From positions 1 through 40,893 of the forward strand of contig JAHDDI010000007.1 of assembly GCA_020629435.1 (NCBI GenBank): DNA of 40,893 nt. Reading direction: 5' to 3'. This DNA is from Minisyncoccota bacterium (lineage in GTDB: Bacteria; Patescibacteriota; Minisyncoccia; Phycocordibacterales; GCA-2747955). Each line of letters starts with the position of its first letter. The first letter of the stretch is position 1. The notes below the pieces were generated by a model. The model searched no databases. It was not told where the DNA came from and saw only the letters and a program-made list of their open reading frames with translations. Below, piece by piece: positions 6,011-14,972 of the stretch. The translations under genes were made by a program, and so were the position numbers.

Positions 6011-7318
6011 ATGTTAGATATAAAATTTATTCGAGAGAATACAGAATTAGTACAGGACAGCGCGCAGAAGAAAAACAAAACAATCGACTTTGACCGTCTG
6101 TTTGATCTGGACGATACACGCAAGAAGTTACAGCAAGAAATTGACGCATTACGTAGTCAACAAAATACAGCATCTGGCGCAATCGCACAGGCCTCTGGTA
6201 CCGAAAGACAGTCAATGATTGACGAGGTGTCAAAGATAAAAAAAGAAATCCAGGATCTTGAGGAACAACATAAACCAGTCAAAGAAGAGTTCGAGGCGCT
6301 GATTTATACAATTCCCAATGTTATTGACCAGACAGTGCCAGTTGGTGCAGACGAAGATGAAAACAAGGTTATCAAGACCTGGGGGAATAAACCAGAGTTT
6401 GATTTCACGCCACAAGACCATATGAGTATTGCAAATAATCTGGACTTGGTTGATATTGAAAAAGCAGCTGAGGTTTCTGGTAGTCGTTTTGCCTACCTAA
6501 AGGGTGACCTGGTTATGATGCAAATGGCACTTATGCAAATGACATTCAATGCGCTGACAAACCGAGATGTTATTGCGTCAATCATCAAAGAACAAGGTAT
6601 TGATATTCCCGATACGCCGTTTGTGCCGATTATCCCACCAGTGATGATTCGTGACGAAGTACAAACAGCAATTCATCGGGTATTTGGAGACCAGACATAT
6701 CAGTTCAAGGAAGATGGATTAAACATGGTGGCCAGTGCAGAGCATACACTTGCGCCGTATCACATGAACGAAACAATTGATGCAGACAGGTTACCACTAC
6801 GATATGTAGGATATTCAACAGCGTTTCGTAAAGAAGCGGGAACATACGGAAAAGACATGGGGGGTATATTTCGTACACACCAGTTTGATAAAATTGAACT
6901 AGAGATTTTTTCAAATAAAGAAACAGGTGCAGATGAGCAAAAATTGATGGTTGGTATTCAAGAATACCTAACACAGCAATTAGGAATTCATTATCAATTA
7001 GTGCATGTGTGTACGGGTGATATGGGTGGTCCCGATTATAACCAGTTTGATATCGAATGTTGGTTACCGGGGCAAGATAAATTCCGCGAGACACATACAA
7101 GTGACTATATGACTGATTTCCAGACCAGAGGAATTAATTCTCGATACAAAGACGAAAATGGAACACACTATTTGCATACCAATGACGCGACCGCATTTGC
7201 AATAGGACGTATCCTGATTGCAATTCTAGAGAATTATCAAAATGCAGACGGTTCGGTGACAGTTCCGGATGTTTTGCAACCATACATGGGAGGAAGACAG
7301 GTAATAGAAAAAGTATAG
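6011..7318 (+). CDS. serS: seryl-tRNA synthetase
   Basis: 435 aa. Has an N-terminal coiled-coil arm (MLDIKFIREN...) and a class II core (FRKEAGTYGKDMGGIFRTHQFDKIE; NDATAFAIGRILIAILENYQ). Confidence 0.95.
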   Translation: MLDIKFIRENTELVQDSAQKKNKTIDFDRLFDLDDTRKKLQQEIDALRSQQNTASGAIAQASGTERQSMIDEVSKIKKEIQDLEEQHKPVKEEFEALIYTIPNVIDQTVPVGADEDENKVIKTWGNKPEFDFTPQDHMSIANNLDLVDIEKAAEVSGSRFAYLKGDLVMMQMALMQMTFNALTNRDVIASIIKEQGIDIPDTPFVPIIPPVMIRDEVQTAIHRVFGDQTYQFKEDGLNMVASAEHTLAPYHMNETIDADRLPLRYVGYSTAFRKEAGTYGKDMGGIFRTHQFDKIELEIFSNKETGADEQKLMVGIQEYLTQQLGIHYQLVHVCTGDMGGPDYNQFDIECWLPGQDKFRETHTSDYMTDFQTRGINSRYKDENGTHYLHTNDATAFAIGRILIAILENYQNADGSVTVPDVLQPYMGGRQVIEKV

Positions 7319-7329
7319 ATGTATAGCAA

Positions 7330-7354
7330 AGAACGCAGAGATTGCGTTCTTTTG
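7330..7354 (+). terminator. rho-independent terminator after serS
   Basis: agaacgca (7330-7337), loop gagat, tgcgttct (7343-7350), then tttt. Confidence 0.75.
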
Positions 7355-7361
7355 TTATAAT
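7353..7361 (+). promoter_or_regulatory. extended -10 promoter TGtTATAAT, 11 nt before ATG 7373
   Basis: Perfect TGnTATAAT immediately after the serS terminator. No SD motif. Confidence 0.6.
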
Positions 7362-7372
7362 CACAGTGTTAT

Positions 7373-8251
7373 ATGGCACAGAAAAAAGCAGTGCGGTCGC
7401 TTGCGTCCCGGTCTCGACCAAAGCCACGCATGACTGCAAAACAAAAACAACGCAAACGTAAATTAATGCGGGGCTACCTAGGTTTGTTTTTACTTGTCCT
7501 GTCAGTAGCCTGTGTTTTGTATTTGCTAAACCTGAGTCAATTTAGAATCGGTAGTGTATCTGTACAAAGCGGCCCATTGATTGATTCAGAGGCAGTAGAG
7601 CAACAGGTAGGGGATGATATCTATGGTTCGGCCCTTAAGGTTTTTCCAAAAGATTCTATATTTTGGTATGACAAAGAATTGATTGCAAACAAACTGCATG
7701 CTTTGTATCCAGAGATTGAATCACTGGAAATTAATTTGAAAAAATTTGATGTATTACACATCGATATTACTGAACGGGTAGTGCAGTATCAAATAAATAT
7801 CGATGGCGCACTGTTTGATCTAGATGCACAGTCAGTTGTATTTCAGGAAAGCACTGCGACAAACACACAACGTGTTTTTTATCCAAGTACTGCCACGTCA
7901 ACAACAGTATTGGGTCAGACCTTGATGGTACCTGAAGACTACATGAAGATGAATAATTTTTTGGATAGTCTGCAACAAAAAGGAATTGTTGTGTCACAAA
8001 TTTATTTACAAAATAAAATTCAAACTATATTGCAATTAGAAAATGGAACACGGGTGGTTATCCATCCTTCAGACAACACAGATGCAGTGATTGCGACACT
8101 CAACGACACCCTGACATATAAAGAATTTGGGTTTGACCGACTGTCAGGAGAATTTTCACAACCTGTTGAGTATATTAATTTGAGACATGGTAATAAATTA
8201 TTTTATTGTTATACCAATGACTCGTGTCAAAATAATTATCTAATTCCATAA
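7373..8251 (+). CDS. ftsQ: cell division protein FtsQ/DivIB-like (POTRA domain)
   Basis: Basic cytoplasmic tail, a single TM segment (YLGLFLLVLSVACVLYLL), then a POTRA-like segment FRIGSVSVQSGPLIDSEAVEQQV...LEINLKKFDVLHIDITERVVQYQI. Confidence 0.55.
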   Translation: MAQKKAVRSLASRSRPKPRMTAKQKQRKRKLMRGYLGLFLLVLSVACVLYLLNLSQFRIGSVSVQSGPLIDSEAVEQQVGDDIYGSALKVFPKDSIFWYDKELIANKLHALYPEIESLEINLKKFDVLHIDITERVVQYQINIDGALFDLDAQSVVFQESTATNTQRVFYPSTATSTTVLGQTLMVPEDYMKMNNFLDSLQQKGIVVSQIYLQNKIQTILQLENGTRVVIHPSDNTDAVIATLNDTLTYKEFGFDRLSGEFSQPVEYINLRHGNKLFYCYTNDSCQNNYLIP

Positions 8252-8252
8252 C

Positions 8253-9266
8253 ATGAAACAACAAAAAGAAAACAATTTTTGGACACAACTTAAACAAGAT
8301 AATCCAGAATACATTATGGCGTTAGCCCCCATGGCAGACGTAACAGATAATCCTTTTCGACGCATATTGTCAGAAATCGGTCCACCGACAGTCTACTGGA
8401 ATGAATTTGTGGCAGCCGATGGGTTGGCACATACCGATGCGCGACCTAAATTAGAACGGCTGCTGACATACGAACAAGATCAGAGACCTATTGTGGCGCA
8501 GATATTCTCAGGAGACGCCCAAAATTGCCGTAAAGCAGCCGAATTATGCGTCGAACATGGTTTTGATGGTATCGATATTAATATGGGCTGTCCGGCGCGA
8601 AATATCATTAAACAAGTATCCGGGTCTGAATTGTCTAAACCTGAACATAGGGAACGTGTGCGTGATATTGTCGAACAAACCAGAATCGGAGCAGGAGACG
8701 TTCCGGTCAGTTTAAAAACACGTTTAGGGTTTAATTATATTGATATGGACTGGGTTGAATTTGTGCTTGGTCTACAATTGCCAGTTTTGACACTGCACTT
8801 GCGTACCAAGTCTGAAATGTCCAAAGTACCGGCTCACTGGGAACTAATGACCGAGATACGAGAAATGCGTGACCGCATCAGTCCAGGAACATTACTGTTT
8901 GGTAATGGCGATGTGACATCGGTTGAGCATGGAAAACAGTTGTGTGCAGAGCATGGAATCGATGGGGTGATGGTCGGGCGTGGGTTGTTTACTAACCCAT
9001 GGTTATTTAATGAGTCAATTAATTTAGAAAACGTGACTGTTCCGGAACGCATTGAATTGGCTGTTCGGCACACTGAATATTATGTACAAGAAAATATGAT
9101 CGATGGAGTAATGAATAAAAACTTTAATTTAATGAAAAAGTTTTACAAAGTTTACATAAATGGTTTTCCGGGTGCCAAAGAATTACGAGTCGAAATGATG
9201 AGTGCAAAAAATCTAGACGATGTAAAAACAATTTGCCAGAATTTTCTGGATAATCATGTAGAATAA
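8253..9266 (+). CDS. dus: tRNA-dihydrouridine synthase
   Basis: LAPMADVTDNPFRR, DGIDINMGCP and SLKTRLG motifs of the Dus TIM-barrel family. Begins 1 nt after the ftsQ-like stop. Confidence 0.9.
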   Translation: MKQQKENNFWTQLKQDNPEYIMALAPMADVTDNPFRRILSEIGPPTVYWNEFVAADGLAHTDARPKLERLLTYEQDQRPIVAQIFSGDAQNCRKAAELCVEHGFDGIDINMGCPARNIIKQVSGSELSKPEHRERVRDIVEQTRIGAGDVPVSLKTRLGFNYIDMDWVEFVLGLQLPVLTLHLRTKSEMSKVPAHWELMTEIREMRDRISPGTLLFGNGDVTSVEHGKQLCAEHGIDGVMVGRGLFTNPWLFNESINLENVTVPERIELAVRHTEYYVQENMIDGVMNKNFNLMKKFYKVYINGFPGAKELRVEMMSAKNLDDVKTICQNFLDNHVE

Positions 9267-9270
9267 ATAT

Positions 9271-9651
9271 ATGAATCACGGAATCGCAGTAAAAGCAGTA
9301 ATAACAAATAGCACAGGGAAAATTTTGATAATGAAGCGTTCGGGTATTTCTGGACATGCAAGTGGCGAGTGGGATATTCCGGGTGGTCGAATTGACCCCG
9401 GCGAAGACCCATTTACTGCACTGAAACGAGAATGTATCGAAGAAGCTGGATTAGGTGTGGAAATAGGAAAGCCACTGGGAGTGAACTACTTTACCCGAGA
9501 TGACGGGCAGATTATTGTAATGATTATTTTTGCTTGCACGGCGCAGTTGCATGATGTGGTAATAAGTGAGGAACATTCTGAATATCAATGGACTGATATT
9601 ACCAAGGCCAAGAAAATGTTACGTTCTGAATTAGCAAAACACATAATTTAA
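9271..9651 (+). CDS. NUDIX hydrolase
   Basis: Nudix box GGRIDPGEDPFTALKRECIEEAGL (G-x5-E-x7-REUxEExGU). Confidence 0.85.
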   Translation: MNHGIAVKAVITNSTGKILIMKRSGISGHASGEWDIPGGRIDPGEDPFTALKRECIEEAGLGVEIGKPLGVNYFTRDDGQIIVMIIFACTAQLHDVVISEEHSEYQWTDITKAKKMLRSELAKHII

Positions 9652-9653
9652 AT

Positions 9654-10307
9654 ATGAGCACATATAATAAAAAACAAGTAATTGATATATGCGATGAATT
9701 AATTTGTCTGCAGTATGCGTATTATTCTACATTACGCAGATCGCCATCACCCTATAGAACAGAGGCATCATTGGAACTGGATATTGAGGCTGAAGAGTTA
9801 CAGAGAGAATCATTAATGGAACACGTTGGCCACTTGCCAATTATTGCGTGTTTTCTGCATCCTTATTTAGAACATACTATTGATTTAGGCAAGGTACTAA
9901 TCATGTTGAGTATCCATGATATCGGAGAAACAATTTTGGGGGATGTGTTTGTGTTGGATAAAACCGACGAAGAAGAAGCTCAAGAGATGGAAGCGGCATT
10001 AACATTGTTGTCTGGTGAGCAAAATGAAATATTTTTGGAATTTGAGAAGCAAGAAAGTCTTGAAGCAAAATTTGCATGGTGTATTGATAAGTTGGCTCCT
10101 AAATTGATAGAAATAACAATGCCGGCGAGAACTGATATGCGTCTTAATGAAATCGGTAGAGCTATAGAAGATTTTACGGTACATGAAAGAGAGAGGTACG
10201 ATTGGTCGCCATTTTTGGCCACTGTGTACGACACACTCATTGAACAGTATATCAATCAAAGAGAAGGAAATAAATTATTGTTTGATGTCTCAAAATACGA
10301 TAAATAA
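9654..10307 (+). CDS. HD-domain phosphohydrolase (YfbR-like nucleotidase family, tentative)
   Basis: H..H...(LSIHDIGETILGD) arrangement of metal ligands, typical of HD superfamily 5'-nucleotidases. Packed 2 nt after the Nudix gene. Confidence 0.55.
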   Translation: MSTYNKKQVIDICDELICLQYAYYSTLRRSPSPYRTEASLELDIEAEELQRESLMEHVGHLPIIACFLHPYLEHTIDLGKVLIMLSIHDIGETILGDVFVLDKTDEEEAQEMEAALTLLSGEQNEIFLEFEKQESLEAKFAWCIDKLAPKLIEITMPARTDMRLNEIGRAIEDFTVHERERYDWSPFLATVYDTLIEQYINQREGNKLLFDVSKYDK

Positions 10308-10329
10308 AAAACCCCTGAAGGGGATTTTT
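10306..10329. terminator. short bidirectional hairpin between the convergent HD gene and rnj
   Basis: aaaaaa-cccc (10312-10315), loop tgaa, gggg (10320-10323), then a-ttttt. The GC core is only 4 bp. Confidence 0.45.
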
Positions 10330-10347
10330 ATTATAATTGAAAGCTTG

Positions 10348-12216
10348 CTAGACAACCAACACCACTGGAATAACCACAGGAGTTTTGTTTGTTTCTCGGA
10401 CTAATAGTCGTTCGACTTGTTTGTTCAAATCGTTCTTTAGTCGGTCTACGTCTATTTTGCCTCCTTGGGCTTTACTTATTTCAGTCTCGGTAATTCGTTT
10501 GATCAAACCACGTGCCTGAGACAGTAATGCTTGTGATTCACGCAAGTATACAAATCCACGAGAAATAATATCAGGAGATTTCTGCATTACTTTTTTGCCA
10601 ACATTAATTGAAACCACGATGACAAATATTCCGTCTTTAGACAGTGCCTGTCGGTCGGAAATGATTGTTGGGTTCATTGGGCTAACGGTAAATCCGTCTA
10701 CGAACAATGGATTACCGGGCGCTTTTACCTTTAATAATTGCACATCGTCTTTAGACTTAATTTCTAGAATCCCACCATCATCCGGGATGAAAGTGTTTTC
10801 AATTGGGATACCAGATTGTACGGCCAGATTCCGGTGCTGTTTAAGCATAGAGTGATATCCGTATGCAGGTGTAAAGAATTTTGCACCAACTTTGTTGATG
10901 ATCCACTTTAGTTCTTCTTCGTTACCGTGACCAGTCGAGTGGACTTGTTTAATTTTTGTGTGAATGATTTTACAGTCTTTTCGCCATAGCAGGTCAAACA
11001 ATCCACGTACTTGGTTTTCGTTACCTGGGATCACAGACGAACTGAATACGATGGTGTCTCGGTTTGTGATGTGAATGTCCTTGTGATCGTCACGTGCCAT
11101 ACGTGGCAGTGCCGCAAAGTGTTCTCCCTGACCACCAGTACATAAAACCACAATACGGTCAGCAGGATAGTCTTTGATATCAGCTGAGGTAATAATTGTC
11201 CCATCTTTTGGTGTAAAGTAGCCAGCTAATCGTGCAATTTCTAAGTTTACTTTCATTGACCGTCCTTCGAGTACTACTTTTTTACCAAGATTTTCAGCAG
11301 TCTTGATGAATTCAATCATTCGTCTAAAGTGCGACGCAAAACAAGCAATAATCACTCGTGATGGTGCTTCGGTAATAATATTTGCAACTGTTTCGTGAAT
11401 AATCGGTTCAGGTAGTGACCATCCTGGGTTTTCACAGTTTGTCGAGTCTGAGACCAACAATAGGTTGTCCTCTGATTCTACTTGTCGCCACTGCTCGACC
11501 TCGTAAGGTACGGGTACGCCGTCCTTGTGTTCTAGTTTGATGTCTCCGGTAATGATGATGTTTCCGTGTTTTGTTCGTAGTGACGTCCCAATACATTCAG
11601 GAATACTGTGCGAAACAGGGAAGAAAAAGAATTCTGATTCACCAATTCGATGAGTCGAGAAGTCATCAACAACCGCGATATCAATCTTTGGTACATCAGG
11701 AAATTCTTCCATTCGTTTTTGGATCATCAGTGCAGTTAAGTTTCGAGTATAGATTGGCGGGTTTCCTAATCGTTCAATTAAGAATGGAATTCCTCCAATG
11801 TGGTCCAAGTGGGCGTGAGTAATAATAGCCGCTCGGATTTTGTCTTTTCGTTCTTCAAGATAGCTAATGTTTGGAAGTGAATAGTCAATTCCAGGTGCAT
11901 CTGTGTCAGAGGTAAATTCAAAACCAATATCAAAAATAAAGATATCTTTTTTGGTCTCTACTGCGAACATGTTTCGTCCGACTTCTTCGACTCCACCTAG
12001 ATAGATTACACGCACGTCATCGTCTCCTTCAATGTTCGGCACTACTTTTTTTTCTGCACGAATCATTGGGGACATACCGCCACGTCGGTGTTTTTCATAT
12101 TTTTTTGGAAACTTTCGTTTCTGTGGTCCAGAACGTTTTTGTTGGTTCTGAGAACTTGGTTTCTTGCCATCCGTAGATGCAAGAGATTTTAGTTCAAATT
12201 CATTTGTATTTGTCAT
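10348..12216 (-). CDS. rnj: ribonuclease J (metallo-beta-lactamase/beta-CASP) with a basic N-terminal extension
   Basis: ITHAHLDHIGGIPFL (HxHxDH). The beta-CASP and C-terminal domains are collinear with RNase J. The first ~55 aa are K/R-rich (KKPSSQNQQKRSGPQKRKFPKKYEKHRRGG). Confidence 0.9.
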   Translation of the reverse strand: MTNTNEFELKSLASTDGKKPSSQNQQKRSGPQKRKFPKKYEKHRRGGMSPMIRAEKKVVPNIEGDDDVRVIYLGGVEEVGRNMFAVETKKDIFIFDIGFEFTSDTDAPGIDYSLPNISYLEERKDKIRAAIITHAHLDHIGGIPFLIERLGNPPIYTRNLTALMIQKRMEEFPDVPKIDIAVVDDFSTHRIGESEFFFFPVSHSIPECIGTSLRTKHGNIIITGDIKLEHKDGVPVPYEVEQWRQVESEDNLLLVSDSTNCENPGWSLPEPIIHETVANIITEAPSRVIIACFASHFRRMIEFIKTAENLGKKVVLEGRSMKVNLEIARLAGYFTPKDGTIITSADIKDYPADRIVVLCTGGQGEHFAALPRMARDDHKDIHITNRDTIVFSSSVIPGNENQVRGLFDLLWRKDCKIIHTKIKQVHSTGHGNEEELKWIINKVGAKFFTPAYGYHSMLKQHRNLAVQSGIPIENTFIPDDGGILEIKSKDDVQLLKVKAPGNPLFVDGFTVSPMNPTIISDRQALSKDGIFVIVVSINVGKKVMQKSPDIISRGFVYLRESQALLSQARGLIKRITETEISKAQGGKIDVDRLKNDLNKQVERLLVRETNKTPVVIPVVLVV

Positions 12217-12303
12217 AATAATTTAGTTAGTTTCTTTGCGTCATTGCGCAAATATCAAACAATAACGATGTTACAAGCTGATATTTGCGAATGAGGTATA
12301 GAT

Positions 12304-13989
12304 TTAGTTTATAAAATAGGGAAGTAATAATTCTGTATCAATGTACCAGTTTTCGATGTATCTGAATCTGTCAGTAGCAAATTCAAGATCATCAAATGCT
12401 GTGTTTTGAATTGACTTATCAATTGCATAGATAAAGTCAGGACTGAACATAAACACTGCGGGTATATCATCAGTTATTTCTTGTTGTAGATTTTTATAAT
12501 CTTGTTGGACCTTAGAGGTGTCAGATGAATCAGATATAAGTCTCTCGAGAATTGCGTCGACTGTTTTGTTGTTGTAGCCAGCAATATTTACACCAGGGTC
12601 TTCGATACCCGAACTGTGCCAAAAGGCATGTAATTGTTGCGGGTCATTAATAATCTGCCCAAACAAAAGCGTCTCAAAGTCTCGACGTCTAATTACTGAA
12701 TTTATTATTTCATTTTCATCCACAGCAATAATTTCAACTGCAACGTTGATCGCCGATAGTTGTTCTTTGATTAGTTCAGATGTTTTAACAAGCTCAGCAA
12801 CATCGGGTGTATGAATGGTGAATGATAGCTCGACTTCGTCTTTAGAGCGAATATTGTTTTCTTGTAATGTCCAACCTGCATCGTCTAATTGTTTGTTGAT
12901 TTCTGCTGCTGTGATTTCGTCACGTGACTCTGCAGTGTAGTAGTCGCTTATTTTTGGGAGCGGCCCATTTGCTACCTGTGCACGTGAAAAAAATATTCTT
13001 CCGATTATGTCCGATGGGTCTATGGCATTGTTTATAGCAGTCCGCACATCTCTGTCTTCAAAAATTGGGTTTGTTTTTTCATTAAAAAATAGTGAAAAGA
13101 CACGAGAAAGCGGACTTGTTAAAATATTTTTTTGATCAAGTGTTTTATCTAAAAGCAGTAATTCTTGTGCGCTGATGTTTGCCATATTGTCTATCAAACC
13201 TGATTCAAAGGCAGACAGTGCGCTTTGTTGATCAGGAAAAAATTTTATCTCGATTGCTTCAATAAATGGTTCAATCTTGTTGTCACGATAGGCAGATAGC
13301 ACATAAGAAGAGATTCGTTGTTCTCGGTCACGACTAACAGAATCAATGAAATATGGACCAGTACCTATAGGTGATATGTTTTTTTCTGCAAAAGGAAATT
13401 CTTCTCGAGAAATATTCGACCATTCGTCTTGGGATAAAATACCGATTGTTAGGTTTTCTGCAAAATTTTCATTGGATGTTTCAGTAGTGAATACAATAGT
13501 ATTTTCACCTTCCTGAGAAATATTTACATTATTTAGTCTTGCAAAATACGGCGACTTAATAAGTGGGTCCTGAATAAGTGAATAAGTGAATAAAATGTCT
13601 TCGACAGTAACGGGAGAGCCATCGTGGAATTTTGAATTAGTATCAAGAGTAACCTTGTGTTCAGTAAATTCGTCGTTAGTTGTGTAATTTGATGCTAGTG
13701 AATTTTTGTATCCACCAGTTACTTTTCTGGATAATAAACCTGAAAACAATAATTGTGTCATGTCCCGGTCAGTTTGAGATTGAGCCAAAACAGGATTAAC
13801 AAAACGGGGATACCCAACGAGCCCTTCACTGAATGACCCTGATTGGACAGGGACACTAACCAGATAATTTGACGAGAAAGAGCCAACAGTTACAAAACTG
13901 ATTATTAAAAATGCAGCAAGATAAAGAGACCTTCTTTTTCGGTACTTAAAAATTTGTTTTAATATTTGTGTTATTGAGTGTGTGTCCAT
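12304..13989 (-). CDS. ABC-transporter substrate-binding protein, family 5 (peptide/nickel type), membrane-anchored
   Basis: N-terminal TM anchor. VGYPRFVNPVLAQSQTDRDMTQLLFSGLL and an overall length of ~560 aa are typical of SBP_bac_5. No permease or ATPase genes lie nearby. Confidence 0.65.
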   Translation of the reverse strand: MDTHSITQILKQIFKYRKRRSLYLAAFLIISFVTVGSFSSNYLVSVPVQSGSFSEGLVGYPRFVNPVLAQSQTDRDMTQLLFSGLLSRKVTGGYKNSLASNYTTNDEFTEHKVTLDTNSKFHDGSPVTVEDILFTYSLIQDPLIKSPYFARLNNVNISQEGENTIVFTTETSNENFAENLTIGILSQDEWSNISREEFPFAEKNISPIGTGPYFIDSVSRDREQRISSYVLSAYRDNKIEPFIEAIEIKFFPDQQSALSAFESGLIDNMANISAQELLLLDKTLDQKNILTSPLSRVFSLFFNEKTNPIFEDRDVRTAINNAIDPSDIIGRIFFSRAQVANGPLPKISDYYTAESRDEITAAEINKQLDDAGWTLQENNIRSKDEVELSFTIHTPDVAELVKTSELIKEQLSAINVAVEIIAVDENEIINSVIRRRDFETLLFGQIINDPQQLHAFWHSSGIEDPGVNIAGYNNKTVDAILERLISDSSDTSKVQQDYKNLQQEITDDIPAVFMFSPDFIYAIDKSIQNTAFDDLEFATDRFRYIENWYIDTELLLPYFIN

Positions 13990-14015
13990 AGAAAAAATCT
14001 ACGGGAATTATAGTT

Positions 14016-14240
14016 CTAGACGAACAGAGCAAGAATACTTGAAGCAGCAAATAAAATACCTAAAACAATTGTTGTTTGAAGTAGTACTTTGTCACTTCCT
14101 CGTCGAGTGTTTTTTATCGCATCGTCACTTCCTCCTCCTAAGACACCAATACTTGCAGAACTTTGCTGAAGCAAAACGCAGATGATGATTAGTACCGAAA
14201 GTACAATTTGGATAATAGATAATGTTGAACTTAATTCCAT
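14016..14240 (-). CDS. secG: preprotein translocase subunit SecG
   Basis: 74 aa with two TM segments flanking LLQQSSASIGVLGGGSD, the typical SecG glycine-rich loop. Confidence 0.8.
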   Translation of the reverse strand: MELSSTLSIIQIVLSVLIIICVLLQQSSASIGVLGGGSDDAIKNTRRGSDKVLLQTTIVLGILFAASSILALFV

Positions 14241-14250
14241 AGTGACCAGA

Positions 14251-14259
14251 ATAATAGCA
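14251..14259 (-). promoter_or_regulatory. extended -10 promoter TGcTATTAT (minus strand), 10 nt before the secG ATG
   Basis: The reverse complement of 14251-14259 reads TGCTATTAT. Confidence 0.5.
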
Positions 14260-14303
14260 GATAATTTTTTCTCTGCAATGGGGAAATCTTTATGGACTAG
14301 ATT

Positions 14304-14312
14304 TGTTATAAT
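14304..14312 (+). promoter_or_regulatory. extended -10 promoter TGtTATAAT, 6 nt before ATG 14319 (leaderless)
   Basis: TG at 14304-14305 and TATAAT at 14307-14312, then ctcgaa and the ATG. Confidence 0.65.
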
Positions 14313-14318
14313 CTCGAA

Positions 14319-14870
14319 ATGAAAATAACACTAGGAGGACTTGGAGGAACAGGAACATCGACTGTGGGTCGGATGATGGCAAAAAAACTTGGCTATGATT
14401 TTATGTCAGGAGGTAACATGTTTAGGCAAGCAGCACTCGAGAACAATATGACTATGGAGGAATTTGATGCGTACACCAAAGAGAATGCTCAATTTCGTGT
14501 TGATGAGGTTATTGATGACAAACTCAAAGAATATGGATGTAGTAATGATGACTTCATTCTTGAGTCAAAATTAGGCTGGTGGCAAGTTCCCGATAGTTTA
14601 AAAATTTTATTTACTGCTGACGCAGATGTGAGAGCGCGACGCATTATGGGTGATACTGATGAAAACAGAATTGCGTACACGACAGATGATTTTGAAAAAA
14701 CAAAGCAAAAAACAGCGGACAGGAACGAGGTGCACCGGTTACGAATAAAAGAAATTTACGGAATTGAGGATATGTTTTCAGCAGAACATTATGATTATGT
14801 TATTGACACGACGCTCTTGTCTCAAGAAGAAGTAGTTGATGAGCTTGTAGATTTAGTTTCACGATCGTAA
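14319..14870 (+). CDS. cmk: cytidylate kinase, archaeal/type-2 family
   Basis: P-loop GGLGGTGTST. MSGGNMFRQAALENNMTMEEFD and LESKLGWW...ADADVRARRI are collinear with type-2 CMP kinases. Confidence 0.7.
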   Translation: MKITLGGLGGTGTSTVGRMMAKKLGYDFMSGGNMFRQAALENNMTMEEFDAYTKENAQFRVDEVIDDKLKEYGCSNDDFILESKLGWWQVPDSLKILFTADADVRARRIMGDTDENRIAYTTDDFEKTKQKTADRNEVHRLRIKEIYGIEDMFSAEHYDYVIDTTLLSQEEVVDELVDLVSRS

Positions 14871-14893
14871 AAATTGTACATGCAAGATATTTA

Positions 14894-14921
14894 CATAAAA
14901 CGCACAGCAGTGCGTTTTATG
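14894..14921 (+). terminator. rho-independent terminator after cmk
   Basis: Perfect 12-bp stem: cataaaacgcac (14894-14905) pairs with gtgcgttttatg (14910-14921). The loop is agca and the 3' side is U-rich. Confidence 0.75.
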
Positions 14922-14957
14922 TTTGTTGAAAAACAGGAACTTTCAGAATAGTTGCAG

Positions 14958-14966
14958 TGGTATACT
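14958..14966 (+). promoter_or_regulatory. extended -10 promoter TGgTATACT, 6 nt before ATG 14973 (leaderless)
   Basis: It lies inside the ORF-track N-terminal extension (TTG 14952), which argues that ATG 14973 is the true start. Confidence 0.6.
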
Positions 14967-14972
14967 GAATAC

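Noticed and set aside
12235-12252. Small hairpin (tttgcg/cgcaaa, 6-nt loop) between the SBP gene and rnj, as a terminator or RNase J autoregulatory element.
   Set aside because: It has only 6 bp and no U-tract in the minus-strand orientation. It cannot be distinguished from chance in AT-rich sequence.
14952-14972. ORF-track N-terminal extensions at 14952, 18807, 20302, 24380-24415 (minus strand), 24500, 37976 and 4310.
   Set aside because: The extensions at 14952, 18807, 24415 and 37976 would bury an extended -10 promoter inside the coding sequence, and the one at 24500 would begin upstream of its own -10. The remaining two fail for other reasons: 20302 overlaps the infB 3' end, and GTG 4310 lies within the GGGGAGG SD that serves ATG 4316. 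The downstream ATGs give N-termini that match the family (signal peptide for 24536, MASIRQQKV for rbfA, MEALAK for atpE).
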